Virus record (IMG/VR): IMGVR_UViG_3300045988_107970 | Location: 32,001 to 96,000 of that record | DNA from: a virus | DNA length: 64,000 nt | Reading direction: 5' to 3' (one strand) | Shown here: in pieces, positions 54,603-64,000 of the stretch | Numbering within the stretch: position 1 is the stretch's first letter | How the letters are laid out: every line of letters starts with the position of its first letter | Program-made: the position numbers and the translations under genes | The notes under the pieces: generated by a model | Told to the model about the DNA's origin: nothing | Databases searched by the model: none | Seen by the model: the letters and a program-made list of their open reading frames with translations, nothing else

Positions 54603-55211
54603 TTACCAACCGCGAGTATCTTCAATGAACGTATGATTAGATAAGTGATCTTCATATGATTCAACGATAATGCGGTATGCAATATCTACTTCTCCATTGG
54701 TCAGACCATTCTTACTGATAAGGTCTTCATATTCTTTATATAGTTTAAAAATTCTATTAAACTGCTCTTTGGTGACAAGAACATTAGAATTCGAAACCCT
54801 TGATGCAAAATCTATAATAGTATCTCTTTTATTATCGACAAGAATAGACACTATATCTTTATTTGCTGCATCGAGTTTTTTATCTAAGTCACGTACAAGT
54901 TTATCTTCCATCATAAGTTTATTGTTAACACTGTCAATCCATTTATCTCTCGTAGAGATATTGTCTGCATTATAGTGTTTGTCAATATTGTTAACTATAT
55001 TTTTTAAATCTTGTATCGTGTCTGGCAGTTCTCTAATTACTTTACGCTCTAGTTTCTTTCTTGAGAAATACTTCCTTATGCTCATAATCTCTGGGACTGC
55101 CTTGCCTTTAAAGTTTAAAAATTCACCAATAAGCTGAAGAACAAACAACACAGCAATCAAGGCAATCGCTATTTGAGATGGTACATTAAGATATTCTATA
55201 TAATTAAGCAT
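54603..55211 (-). CDS. membrane-anchored hypothetical protein
   Basis: N-terminal TM helix IAIALIAVLFVLQLIG. 202 aa. Confidence 0.4.
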   Translation of the reverse strand: MLNYIEYLNVPSQIAIALIAVLFVLQLIGEFLNFKGKAVPEIMSIRKYFSRKKLERKVIRELPDTIQDLKNIVNNIDKHYNADNISTRDKWIDSVNNKLMMEDKLVRDLDKKLDAANKDIVSILVDNKRDTIIDFASRVSNSNVLVTKEQFNRIFKLYKEYEDLISKNGLTNGEVDIAYRIIVESYEDHLSNHTFIEDTRGW

Positions 55212-55327
55212 TTACATTTACGCTGCCTTTCATTCGATGTTGGCGTTCTAGTATATTAAAAAAAAGACATAGGGAGGAGTGGTTGAAGCCCTCCCTATGT
55301 TTGTGCATATATATTTAATTGTTATAT

Positions 55328-56248
55328 TTAAAACGAGCCAGCATTCAACTTACGCTGCAATGCCTTAACCATAGAGGACGGTGCGCTTACAATGCCATCC
55401 TGAATGGTTCCAAGATAGCGCTGTAAGGCTTTACATGTATTCTTGCCAAAATAGCCATCGGCAGATACACCAATCTTTCTCTGTAGCGCCCTGACCATCT
55501 GAGAACCACCTCTGCCAGTCTTCCATGAAGCACTTACAAGACCGCCGCGATTTACAGAAGCCATATTGCCAGCGTCTTGACCGCTCACAATGCCATCGAC
55601 AGTGGTTCCAAGCGCCTTTTGGAGAGCCTTTGTAGTTGCAACGCCCCACCATCCATCAACAGATAGTTTACCAGATGAGGACGATGCAGGTGGCACAACA
55701 GGGGTAGAAGAAGAGCCGCCAGACTTGCTTCCGTTAGTTACGTTAATTGCAGTGTGTCTGCTCTCATTAAGTAGAACATCGCCAGCAAGCAAATAGGCAT
55801 CGCTTGTAAGATACTTAGAATCAGTAAGCGCTTGGAAACCAGCAGCCTTAAGCGCATTACGCTCGTTCCAAGTAGTAATGCTTGGATTTACGTTCTGCAT
55901 TGCCTTATTGCCAAGACGATAACCAGCGCCCTTCACAATTGCGGCAACGCCGCTAGAGCAGTCTGCTTCGCATTTAACTGTAATCTGAGCAGGGTCATAA
56001 TTAGATGCCTTTAAATGATTCCAAAATGTAAGGCGCTCGCTCTGGTCATAACCAACCAAGTCGTTCTTAGCGGCCTTGATAGCCATGTCTGCAATAAGAT
56101 TACGAGTCTTTGCGTCTGGATGTCTAAGAACTACGTTCCAACTGTCGTTCCACCAAGGACGAATATACCATTCTGTCTTAGATTGATCGCCAGCCTGACC
56201 ACCGCTATACCTATTGCGCTCATCGTGTCCACAGTTAGAAATACTCAT
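55328..56248 (-). CDS. putative endolysin with C-terminal peptidoglycan-binding repeats
   Basis: Start at ATG 56248 after GTGAGGT. C-terminal repeats VDGWWGVATTKALQKALG and ADGYFGKNTCKALQRYLG are PG_binding_1-like. The N-terminal catalytic family was not identified. Confidence 0.6.
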   Translation of the reverse strand: MSISNCGHDERNRYSGGQAGDQSKTEWYIRPWWNDSWNVVLRHPDAKTRNLIADMAIKAAKNDLVGYDQSERLTFWNHLKASNYDPAQITVKCEADCSSGVAAIVKGAGYRLGNKAMQNVNPSITTWNERNALKAAGFQALTDSKYLTSDAYLLAGDVLLNESRHTAINVTNGSKSGGSSSTPVVPPASSSSGKLSVDGWWGVATTKALQKALGTTVDGIVSGQDAGNMASVNRGGLVSASWKTGRGGSQMVRALQRKIGVSADGYFGKNTCKALQRYLGTIQDGIVSAPSSMVKALQRKLNAGSF

Positions 56249-56249
56249 A

Positions 56250-56663
56250 TTACTTGACCTCACTTTCAACAGTTTTGTTTTCAGTGAATACCTCTCTCAT
56301 TGTCTTAAGAGCGTCATCAATTGTCTCATCAATCCAAGAAATCAACGCTTCTTGGTCTGTGACCTTAGACAGAATAGGATACTTCTCGAAAATCTCCTCG
56401 ATTACCTGAGCGCGTTTGACAGAGCCAGCCTTTTTGTAGTCCTGCCAATCAATTTCGGCATCTGTAATCAGCTTAAGCATAGTCTCCTGAACCTGCTTCT
56501 TGGCGATTGCAATCTTCTTGTCATCTGACTTGCTGAAAAACTCTTTCGCCTTTTTATCAATAGAGATGATAAGGGCTACGATAACAATGATTACAGTCCA
56601 GTTATCGTTAACCAACTGAAGAAAATTCTGAATAGCATATAAAGCATTGAAATCAACGTTCAT
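56250..56663 (-). CDS. putative holin (single TM, LL-H-like organisation)
   Basis: TM helix WTVIIVIVALIISI plus a charged C-terminal domain. Lies immediately upstream of the lysin. Confidence 0.5.
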   Translation of the reverse strand: MNVDFNALYAIQNFLQLVNDNWTVIIVIVALIISIDKKAKEFFSKSDDKKIAIAKKQVQETMLKLITDAEIDWQDYKKAGSVKRAQVIEEIFEKYPILSKVTDQEALISWIDETIDDALKTMREVFTENKTVESEVK

Positions 56664-56674
56664 AAAATCACTCC

Positions 56675-57076
56675 TTAAAATGACGGATCATTTGGTACGT
56701 CATCACATGATTCATCTTCTGAACCAGTCTGATTGCGCATAGCGGTTTCATAAACTATGCCATTTTTTGTGTTCTCGGCCTTGGCCTTACTGAAATAAGC
56801 CCAAATTATTGGAGCCATTGCAGCTGGAATGCCTAACAACACATACAATGCGCTCGTATCCTTAAGTTCAACCATAAGTCGTTCGCAGAAGAATATAATC
56901 TGTAAGCATATTATCAAAGATACAAATAAAACAATCTTACTGGTTGACGGCATCTTGAATTTAAAACTGTACTTTTCTCTTTCTTCGCGCAGTTTCATTT
57001 CTCGCTTTTTGCTCTGGTTCATTCTTTTAATAGCTTTCATCTGAGCATTATAATCTCTATCAGATATATAATTCAT
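56675..57076 (-). CDS. membrane protein (two TM segments), possible holin partner
   Basis: IVLFVSLIICLQIIFF and YVLLGIPAAMAPIIWAYF. Confidence 0.4.
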   Translation of the reverse strand: MNYISDRDYNAQMKAIKRMNQSKKREMKLREEREKYSFKFKMPSTSKIVLFVSLIICLQIIFFCERLMVELKDTSALYVLLGIPAAMAPIIWAYFSKAKAENTKNGIVYETAMRNQTGSEDESCDDVPNDPSF

Positions 57077-57097
57077 AGATAATCACCGCCAATCAAA

Positions 57098-57790
57098 TTA
57101 TTTCTTTACTGTTTCTATATATACTGCTTGAGAGCCAAGTGTGTTATATATATCCTCAAACTTTGATAACTGATACGATGTCTCTCCAACAAGAGGATCG
57201 ATAACATATACATTTTCATCGTCTATTTTTGTAACAACGACACAGTGAGGATTTCTAAATAATCTATATCCATTTGATTCATAATTTGATGGCAGGGGGT
57301 TATTTAAATACATAGTCACCCAAACAGCAGAAGGGAGTGGAAGGTCGGCGAGGTCTGTTCCAGTATATTCAACCGCCTTCTTATATTTTTCATTTAAAAA
57401 CATATTTGCAGTTATAACAGAACACGGAGCCATACAAGCCCATCCATCTGTGCTACTATATGGATTTCCCCAAAACGTATACACGAACTTTCCACTTGTG
57501 CTTCTTGGCATTGCATCGGCAACATCAAACTTCGTGACATTTACACCGTTCATTCGCAATAATGTTCCAAGGGCGGTTGCTTCGCACCCAGTAGGAAGTT
57601 CAGGCATTTGTAAATCCTGCTTTTCATCAAAAACATACTTTGCTGGCTTATCATATAATATCGGTGCTTCAACATCATGTTCTGCAACGGTGTTTTGTTG
57701 CGCACTATTACATGAAACAAACATAATCATAAATGATGCTAAAACAGCAACGATAAAAATAACAATTACTTTATTAATACGTCTATTCAC
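57098..57790 (-). CDS. secreted/lipoprotein C39-like cysteine peptidase
   Basis: GTG start. Signal peptide with the lipobox-like MFVSC. Catalytic-type LPTGCEATALG and HCVVVTKIDDENVYVIDP, as in Peptidase_C39_2 / YvpB-like proteins. Confidence 0.55.
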   Translation of the reverse strand: MNRRINKVIVIFIVAVLASFMIMFVSCNSAQQNTVAEHDVEAPILYDKPAKYVFDEKQDLQMPELPTGCEATALGTLLRMNGVNVTKFDVADAMPRSTSGKFVYTFWGNPYSSTDGWACMAPCSVITANMFLNEKYKKAVEYTGTDLADLPLPSAVWVTMYLNNPLPSNYESNGYRLFRNPHCVVVTKIDDENVYVIDPLVGETSYQLSKFEDIYNTLGSQAVYIETVKK

Positions 57791-57807
57791 AACATCACCA
57801 CAAATTC

Positions 57808-60800
57808 TTATATACCCAAAAGCTCTTTCAGTCTGCTTATCGTAAGCGTAGTTACAGAACCATCTGTATCAACATATAACAGTTTGCCAGATTCAGACTT
57901 ATCACCAGCCAAATCAGTGTAATTTCCAGAAGTAGCAACCGTTTTCAACGATGGTTTGTCATCTAAGTCATTATAACTTCCAGAAGTAGCCACAGCTTTT
58001 AGCGATGGTTTGTCATCTAAATCATTATAATTTCCAGAAGTAGCAACCGTTTTCAACGATGGTTTATTCTTTAAATCGCTATAGTCACCAGATACAGCAA
58101 CGTTCGCAAGGTTTGTAACTACTTTAGAGTCAATAGTAACACCGTTTGCAAGGCTTAGACTACGCGCCATAATGTTGCCGTTGACAACAAGCTCGCCGTC
58201 TTTATCTACATTGAATACAGATTCCTCGCCATTGGTAATATCAATAACGCTATCGTTCTTGGGGCTGATTGAAACCTTATTCTTACCATGCCTTACTTCT
58301 AGTCCGTTATCATTGAAAATAAGCGTACCAGCATCATTTTTAAGTTCAATATTCTTGCCTAAGAACAGTTTACCGATAATTATTTCGCCGTTGATGCCAT
58401 AGGCGCTCACCGTGTCACCAGTATCAGGATCGGTATAATAATACTTGCCCATAGCCGTCTTTGTCGTAGCCCAATTATCATCGGTAATTGCAATCGTTGA
58501 ATTGATAATCTTCATCTGTGTAGGCTCGTAATCATTTGATACTTCATCAAACTTTCTAAACAACATACCATGATTGTCCCATGATTGTGTTTGATTATCA
58601 GAACCACCGACAATCTTTGTATGGGTTACGTCAAGCCCGTTATCAATCCAGCTACTTACAACAGCAGTTCCTTTTTCTCCCTGCTTAGCCTGTCTTTGCA
58701 CATAGCTATAAGATGTAGCCATTGAAGAAGCTTGGTCTATAACACCCTTGATGCTCTTGACTGTGCTCTTAACTCTGACGGCATCAGAAAACTCAACCGA
58801 GATATTGTCTAAGTCATCATAATCTACGGTATATTCAATTAATCTAAGTTTATATAGCTTATCGTCAATCATAACTCTAAGCCAATTGCCGATAGCAAAA
58901 TCATTAACCAACGGCGCAAATTTATCAATAAGTAAAAGATTTTTTAAATCAGCATCAATTGTTGTCTGCAATTCAGAAGACTTATATATTTCATCATTAG
59001 CAACTCTTATAAATTCATTTGCCTTCTCAAACAACTCGGCGTTATTAAGGCCATCTGAAATATAATTCTCATTAGAGTACTTGTCTTCTCTGCGGAAAGA
59101 ACAGAACTCAAGCCATAAATTAGCGCCGCCAGCATTATAGTTTGTTAAATACTGTTGAAAATTAAGAACATCCTGTGTCTTGTTCTTTTCTTCGATGATA
59201 AAGTTCTGCAAGCCATACTCTTTCAAATCCCCATCGTCATCACGCCTACCAGATATTAGATAAATCTCATCTTGACGAACCTTCATCTCTGCTTCAATGG
59301 CATTCATTCTGTCGATATATGGAGTGTAAAGTTTATCATATAGCTCTTTAGACCACGAAGCCCCCTCGTTAACACCTTGCTCAACGAGAATGTCTATACA
59401 GCTCTGACAAGCATCATGAAAAGAAACAAGTCTGTTTAAACAATACTTTTGCAATTCCTTTTTGAAGTCATCCAGCGTACCGTCAATATCAAATAATTCA
59501 GAAATTCCATATTTATTATCGCTATCTTCCTTTGCAAGCGTCTTGTCAATCTTCTGCTTAATAAAAGTTTCATAATCGCTATTTATCGTTACGCTTATTT
59601 CTTTGCTTGTAAACTTATCTTCTTCATCAGAATAATTAGTCACATCAAAGCAACCAGTCCATATTCTTGTTGGATTTGGCTTTGAACCAGAAAGAGTGGA
59701 GCCATCATGTACTTTAACTCTATATCTAGTTGAATCAACAACAACCTTTGCCATAGAAAGAACAACGCTATCCGCTGTGGCTACAGATATGTTGTCTATT
59801 TTTTCCACGGCAACAGGGGAGATGTTCGCCACTGTGAGTTTAGCGGCTTCTTTCTCAGCATTGGTATCACTCATCTCAACAGTCGGCATCAGCCCACTCG
59901 TAAGATACAGCCCTAAATCAATCGTATTATAATAAGCATTCATCAAAGCAGGATAGCCTTTTACTGGTAACTCAATCTCTTGAATATCGTTGTTATACCC
60001 AACTTCTTTTTTGATTGCAAGATGCTCATTTTTTGAACTGAACAATCTTTCATCTTCTGACGATTTAAGATATATACTTTTAGAACTATACTTAACCACG
60101 AGTGCATTATATCTATTAACGATATCTTCTTTATCGCTCAAATAAACATAATCATTCTGATACTCTGCATATAGCTTATTGTAAGAATCAATAGCCTTAA
60201 CAAGCTCATCTGACATATCATATTTAGTATCGTCAGAAATATACCAGATATAATCACTGCCATTAGGATTACAATTTCTAATGGTAGCCGTCATTAAATC
60301 GTCTCCGCCCTCAAGCTTGAAACAATTCTTGATAGAGTCGGTATCAGAAGACACATTTATACTATCTGCAATCTCATCAGACGTTACAAATATAGTCGTA
60401 TCTTCGCCATATCCTTCGTCAATATCCGCGCTGCCGCACTTAGGGCATACATCCGTATATTCACCTCTGTACCCACACTCGTGACAATTTGATTCAAGGT
60501 CATAAACAGAAACGGATCTATTTAAATTACCATACTTATCTGCATTAACATCAAACACAAACAGGCATTTAATTTCTTCTTCAACATCTTGAAAAGCATC
60601 ATAAATAGATTTGTTATCAAAAGAAAACGTTCTTTGAATCTTTGCAATTGTAGAATCAACATGCCCTATTGTATAGTGCGGAGCCTTTTCCATCAGCCTG
60701 TGTAAAAGAGAGGAACTTGGTCTATCTGGATTATAGAAAATAGTTGGATGGTCTTTATCATAATCTTCTCTTGCGATATCGTCTTCGGTGTTAATTTCAA

Positions 60801-61146
60801 TATCATATAGCATGATTTGAGACAACTCGGCACATCCAAGATTAGTACCAGTCACAGTTTTGACTGTTTGAGTATCTTCATCCGTCTCAACTGTAATCTC
60901 AAACCATTGATTCCACTCTAAACAATATATAAGCCTAAAATTGATAATCTCATCCCACAGATTATTCTTATTTTCATCTACTGTTTTATATACTTTGAAC
61001 GATATCTCAGCAGCGTCATTCATCGAATCAGTTGATTCTATCTCAACAGAATCTATTCGACCAAGTTTATCGCCATTCTTTTTTGCCAATATAATCGTTG
61101 GTGGTTGTGGATTATGAGCAGCGTCAAAGTCAATCTTTATAGCCAT
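57808..61146 (-). CDS. tail-associated lysin / Tal-like minor structural protein
   Basis: About 1112 aa, immediately after Dit. N-terminus typical of a phage minor structural protein. C-terminal SG-x-Y-x-DL-x-x-KP repeats. Confidence 0.65.
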   Translation of the reverse strand: MAIKIDFDAAHNPQPPTIILAKKNGDKLGRIDSVEIESTDSMNDAAEISFKVYKTVDENKNNLWDEIINFRLIYCLEWNQWFEITVETDEDTQTVKTVTGTNLGCAELSQIMLYDIEINTEDDIAREDYDKDHPTIFYNPDRPSSSLLHRLMEKAPHYTIGHVDSTIAKIQRTFSFDNKSIYDAFQDVEEEIKCLFVFDVNADKYGNLNRSVSVYDLESNCHECGYRGEYTDVCPKCGSADIDEGYGEDTTIFVTSDEIADSINVSSDTDSIKNCFKLEGGDDLMTATIRNCNPNGSDYIWYISDDTKYDMSDELVKAIDSYNKLYAEYQNDYVYLSDKEDIVNRYNALVVKYSSKSIYLKSSEDERLFSSKNEHLAIKKEVGYNNDIQEIELPVKGYPALMNAYYNTIDLGLYLTSGLMPTVEMSDTNAEKEAAKLTVANISPVAVEKIDNISVATADSVVLSMAKVVVDSTRYRVKVHDGSTLSGSKPNPTRIWTGCFDVTNYSDEEDKFTSKEISVTINSDYETFIKQKIDKTLAKEDSDNKYGISELFDIDGTLDDFKKELQKYCLNRLVSFHDACQSCIDILVEQGVNEGASWSKELYDKLYTPYIDRMNAIEAEMKVRQDEIYLISGRRDDDGDLKEYGLQNFIIEEKNKTQDVLNFQQYLTNYNAGGANLWLEFCSFRREDKYSNENYISDGLNNAELFEKANEFIRVANDEIYKSSELQTTIDADLKNLLLIDKFAPLVNDFAIGNWLRVMIDDKLYKLRLIEYTVDYDDLDNISVEFSDAVRVKSTVKSIKGVIDQASSMATSYSYVQRQAKQGEKGTAVVSSWIDNGLDVTHTKIVGGSDNQTQSWDNHGMLFRKFDEVSNDYEPTQMKIINSTIAITDDNWATTKTAMGKYYYTDPDTGDTVSAYGINGEIIIGKLFLGKNIELKNDAGTLIFNDNGLEVRHGKNKVSISPKNDSVIDITNGEESVFNVDKDGELVVNGNIMARSLSLANGVTIDSKVVTNLANVAVSGDYSDLKNKPSLKTVATSGNYNDLDDKPSLKAVATSGSYNDLDDKPSLKTVATSGNYTDLAGDKSESGKLLYVDTDGSVTTLTISRLKELLGI
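57923..58084 (-). repeat. three tandem 54-nt coding repeats (VATSGNYNDLDDKPSLK)
   Basis: Units at 57923..57976, 57977..58030 and 58031..58084, with partial copies on both sides. Confidence 0.8.
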
Positions 61147-61160
61147 ATAAACCACCCCAA

Positions 61161-61964
61161 TTATATAGTAACCTTAACTATAGGCGAATAAGCTATCCTA
61201 ACGACACACGGTAGAGACAACGTTATTTTATTCTTTTTGTCTCTAAATGTATTCTCCAATCTGAAGAAAGACCAGTTGAAATCGTTCTGTATCTTATGAG
61301 AATCCAAAGAAGAGCTAATCACTGGATATGACACTTTGATAACTTCTCCTGTTTTACAATTTGCAATTCTCATCACTCTATTATTAAAAGAATTCTTCAT
61401 TATAAAATCACCGTCTTTTTCTATGGTGATTTCCATATCGGGATAAATGCAACCTTCTTCATCAGATTCATTGTAGATAACATTTATACCGTTATTTGAA
61501 CCATTCTTAATTGTAGTGACAACAGGCTCTCTTATGGCAAACGGTCTATTGGTAAACATCTCAAGCTCAAACCCATAAATCATACCGTTAACTTCAATTC
61601 TGCTTACATTGAATGAAGCTTCAAAATAGACACCCGAATATTCATCGTCAAGTAATCTAAATTTATGGAAGCCTTTTCTGTTCAACCAAGACATGATGTT
61701 GCGCATCTCATCGAATGAAACTGTATCGGTTTGATTGGAATCGCACTTGTTCTTACATATCTGAAAAGTCGTATTAAGGCAATCTTCATATGTAGAACTC
61801 GTTAATTCGTGCTTCATTCCGTTCAAGGTCGGCACAGTATTAAAAGTTATCTGTGAACCATTATCTATTGTATCGACATCGCTTGAATCAAACTTGCAAA
61901 TAATAAACCCAAGATCGCTCAGCTTGACACCATCGTATTCAAAGTCATATGCTTTCACCGACAC
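61161..61964 (-). CDS. distal tail protein (Dit)
   Basis: 267 aa. Position between the tape measure and Tal. N-terminal YDFEYDGVKLSDLGFII is typical of the siphovirus tail-component family. Confidence 0.6.
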   Translation of the reverse strand: MSVKAYDFEYDGVKLSDLGFIICKFDSSDVDTIDNGSQITFNTVPTLNGMKHELTSSTYEDCLNTTFQICKNKCDSNQTDTVSFDEMRNIMSWLNRKGFHKFRLLDDEYSGVYFEASFNVSRIEVNGMIYGFELEMFTNRPFAIREPVVTTIKNGSNNGINVIYNESDEEGCIYPDMEITIEKDGDFIMKNSFNNRVMRIANCKTGEVIKVSYPVISSSLDSHKIQNDFNWSFFRLENTFRDKKNKITLSLPCVVRIAYSPIVKVTI

Positions 61965-61988
61965 ACCTCCAATCGCTCGAAGTTATAT

Positions 61989-62291
61989 TTATTTTAAAAG
62001 AAAACGAATGATATTCCATCTACCCTTAAAGACCTCTTCATTCATAATCTTCTTCATTTCAGTTAATTCTCCGACAAGCCTGTCATATACCTCGCCTTTA
62101 TTCTTAAGGTCTTCAACGATTTGTTCCATTTCAATGCGAAGAGAATCTACAGAGTTAATTAATTCATCCTTCTCATTGCAATCTATTTCAAGCTCGGAGA
62201 TTCTTTTCTTGAGAGATTCAATTTCATTTGTCTGTCTCTCAATAATTCTACTTTTAATATTCGATTTTCTATTTCTTTTTCCAGTATTCAT
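61989..62291 (-). CDS. hypothetical coiled-coil protein
   Basis: Start at ATG 62291 after GAGGTAG. 100 aa. Confidence 0.35.
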   Translation of the reverse strand: MNTGKRNRKSNIKSRIIERQTNEIESLKKRISELEIDCNEKDELINSVDSLRIEMEQIVEDLKNKGEVYDRLVGELTEMKKIMNEEVFKGRWNIIRFLLK

Positions 62292-62397
62292 ACTTCTACC
62301 TCGTTTCAAACAAAGATAAGGGGAGTGAATATAAATCACTCCCCACTCAACAAGTAGGCTATATTCTTCGGCTAAGCCGACCCGTAGCCTTCGGGGA

Positions 62398-64000
62398 TTA
62401 ACGAATCGCCTTGCCCTTTGCTAAGCTGCTCTTACCTGCAAGGGGGTCAATTGTCATAGCCATAATAAGACGCTCAAAATTCTTATCATGCTGCATAGAC
62501 TTAAGCAGTTCGTTATAATTCTTGACATTAGGCAGATTGAATACAACCTTGTCAAGATTCTGAGTGTATGTTGTCTTGTTTCCAACATTAGCACCAGTAT
62601 CAATCTTATCAAAATTAAGATTGTCTTTGATAAAGTCAGATGGATTGTTTGCCATATTCCAGATATTAGAGCTTGCAGCAGATGCAAGCACGCTATCATT
62701 CTTAGCAAGAGGAGTCAAGATAGCTCCGTCAGATGGGCGCATAATCATCTCAGAACCGTCTTCCTGAGTCCAAGCCATCTCATTGTTTCTGATATTCTTA
62801 GCGCCAAGTGCGTATGCGCTAACATCAGATTTCTTAAACCAACCAGTATATCCACTTGAAAGCTTGTGCCAACGAGTTAAGATATAACCATTGCGTTCCT
62901 GTAAAACGGTATAGATTGGGTCGCTGCCAAATGTCTGTCTGCCGCCACCATTGCCATAAGAGTCTGCGTAAATCCTAGCACCGCCAGCGTTAATCGTGCC
63001 ACCAACAGTTATTTGTTTTTTCTGCTGTTGTTGCTGCTGCTGCTGAGTAGGAGTAGAAGAGGGCTTTGGCGTTGGCTTCTCCGTTGCAGCAGAAGCACCA
63101 GCCGCCTTTATCTTTGTACCAGCAATCTTATTCAGCTGTGCAATCATATTCTGGATATTGGTATTGATATATCCAAGAGCGGTATTGGTAGTTGTCAAAG
63201 CCGTATCAAATTTCGTACCATACGTTGTGATTACATTTGATATACTGCCATTACCAGAAAGCCAAATTGTATTCATAGACTCAGACAAAGTATAGCCAAC
63301 CTTATCAGCCTGAGATTCTATCGTGGCTCCAATAGTAGAAGCATTGTTATTAATCTCAGAAATCATATCAGCCATAAGAGCATCAATATCATCAAGACGT
63401 TGATTTAGAATGGTTTCGTAATCAGTATATAAATCATCGAGCATCTTTTGTTGGTCGGAAATGTACTGTTCGTATTCCGTCTCCTCTAAGTCAGACTTAG
63501 CTTCTTCAAGGTCTACCTTGATTTGCTGAATCTTAGCCTTAGTCTCTTCAGATACATCACCCTGATATGCAGCCATCTGCTTCTCAAGGTCTGCGATATC
63601 CTTTGTGCTTTCCTTGATCTTTTTCTGATAGTCATATAAATCCTTGGCTGCGTCAAGAGCATCATTGCGCTTATCAATAAGCTTCTGTAATGAATCAAGC
63701 TCCTTATCAATACCATCAGAAACCATGTCCTTAATAGAGTTCTTCATGTCCTCTGCATTAAGAATGGCTTCCTGCTGAGCTTCGATATACTCTTGTAACT
63801 GATTTGCAATATCCTGATTATATGGGTCTTTGGCAAGGTCTGCCTGAAGTTCTTTAATCTTCTTAGCATACTTATCAGCCTGAGCCATATACACGTTATA
63901 TTTAACGCCGTACTGACCCATAGATGCCATACCCTCATCGGTAAGCTGACCGTTATCCTCATAAAGCTTTTTATTGCTCATGAGATTAATCAGGAATTCA
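62398..64000 (-). CDS. tail tape measure protein, C-terminal part (runs off the window)
   Basis: Long alpha-helical repeats and a Q8 tract. The frame is open upstream of the track's ATG 63981, through to base 64000. Confidence 0.65.
   Translation of the reverse strand, partial: EFLINLMSNKKLYEDNGQLTDEGMASMGQYGVKYNVYMAQADKYAKKIKELQADLAKDPYNQDIANQLQEYIEAQQEAILNAEDMKNSIKDMVSDGIDKELDSLQKLIDKRNDALDAAKDLYDYQKKIKESTKDIADLEKQMAAYQGDVSEETKAKIQQIKVDLEEAKSDLEETEYEQYISDQQKMLDDLYTDYETILNQRLDDIDALMADMISEINNNASTIGATIESQADKVGYTLSESMNTIWLSGNGSISNVITTYGTKFDTALTTTNTALGYINTNIQNMIAQLNKIAGTKIKAAGASAATEKPTPKPSSTPTQQQQQQQQKKQITVGGTINAGGARIYADSYGNGGGRQTFGSDPIYTVLQERNGYILTRWHKLSSGYTGWFKKSDVSAYALGAKNIRNNEMAWTQEDGSEMIMRPSDGAILTPLAKNDSVLASAASSNIWNMANNPSDFIKDNLNFDKIDTGANVGNKTTYTQNLDKVVFNLPNVKNYNELLKSMQHDKNFERLIMAMTIDPLAGKSSLAKGKAIR

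Noticed and set aside
63022-63045. A (CTG/TTG)n tract encoding Q8 in the tape measure protein, as a possible phase-variable slippage site.
   Set aside because: This is a triplet repeat, so length changes stay in frame. It is short and imperfect. It is more likely a flexible linker than a switch.

Overview
By eye this is an AT-rich 64-kb slice of a large temperate siphovirus-like phage or prophage. A low-GC Gram-positive host is inferred from the AGGAGG-type ribosome-binding sites, extended -10 promoters and gene content. No rRNA, tRNA or CRISPR array was seen.

Layout:
- 1-30.9 kb (+ strand): early, replication and nucleotide-metabolism genes. These include a radical SAM protein, a deoxyribosyltransferase-like protein, an SSB-like protein, a Sak4-like ATPase, a DnaB-like helicase, a Toprim primase and a PD-(D/E)XK exonuclease. 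Also here are a C5 DNA methyltransferase, DNA Pol III alpha, a RecD-like helicase, NrdD/NrdG, a dUTPase and a ThyX-like protein.
- 31.0-32.8 kb: an arm-binding tyrosine integrase plus a repeat-rich attP-like region.
- 32.9-64 kb (- strand): late genes. These run from the tape measure (partial) through Dit, Tal and a lysis cassette to an unusually long block of fibre/adhesin genes, including a 2377-aa LRR / InlB-B-repeat protein.

Headline finding (36.9-40.9 kb): a second, arm-less tyrosine recombinase sits next to nine copies of an invariant 12-bp core, ATTCCGTATCCC (4 forward, 5 reverse). Each core lies in the same reading frame (x-S-V-S) at the head of a roughly 83-117-codon open segment. 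Only one segment is fused to a start codon and RBS, giving a 150-aa tail-fibre-like gene. This looks like a shufflon-type multiple-inversion system that swaps the C-terminal, presumed receptor-binding, domain among nine cassettes.

Selfish-element load in the early region:
- nrdD is split at its glycyl-radical motif by a ~977-nt group-I-like intron carrying an HNH-AP2 endonuclease gene.
- The C5 methyltransferase carries a 358-aa LAGLIDADG intein at its catalytic-Cys motif.
- A free-standing LAGLIDADG gene abuts the polymerase gene.
- A second HNH-AP2 gene is broken by a -1 frameshift at an A6 run.

Other points: a recurring 13-mer (TAATGTTATATGC) lies upstream of early genes. Several extended -10 elements are followed directly by hairpins. 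One tail-fibre gene has an in-frame TAG. There are several structured intergenic regions.

All functional calls rest on motif recognition by eye; no database searches were run.
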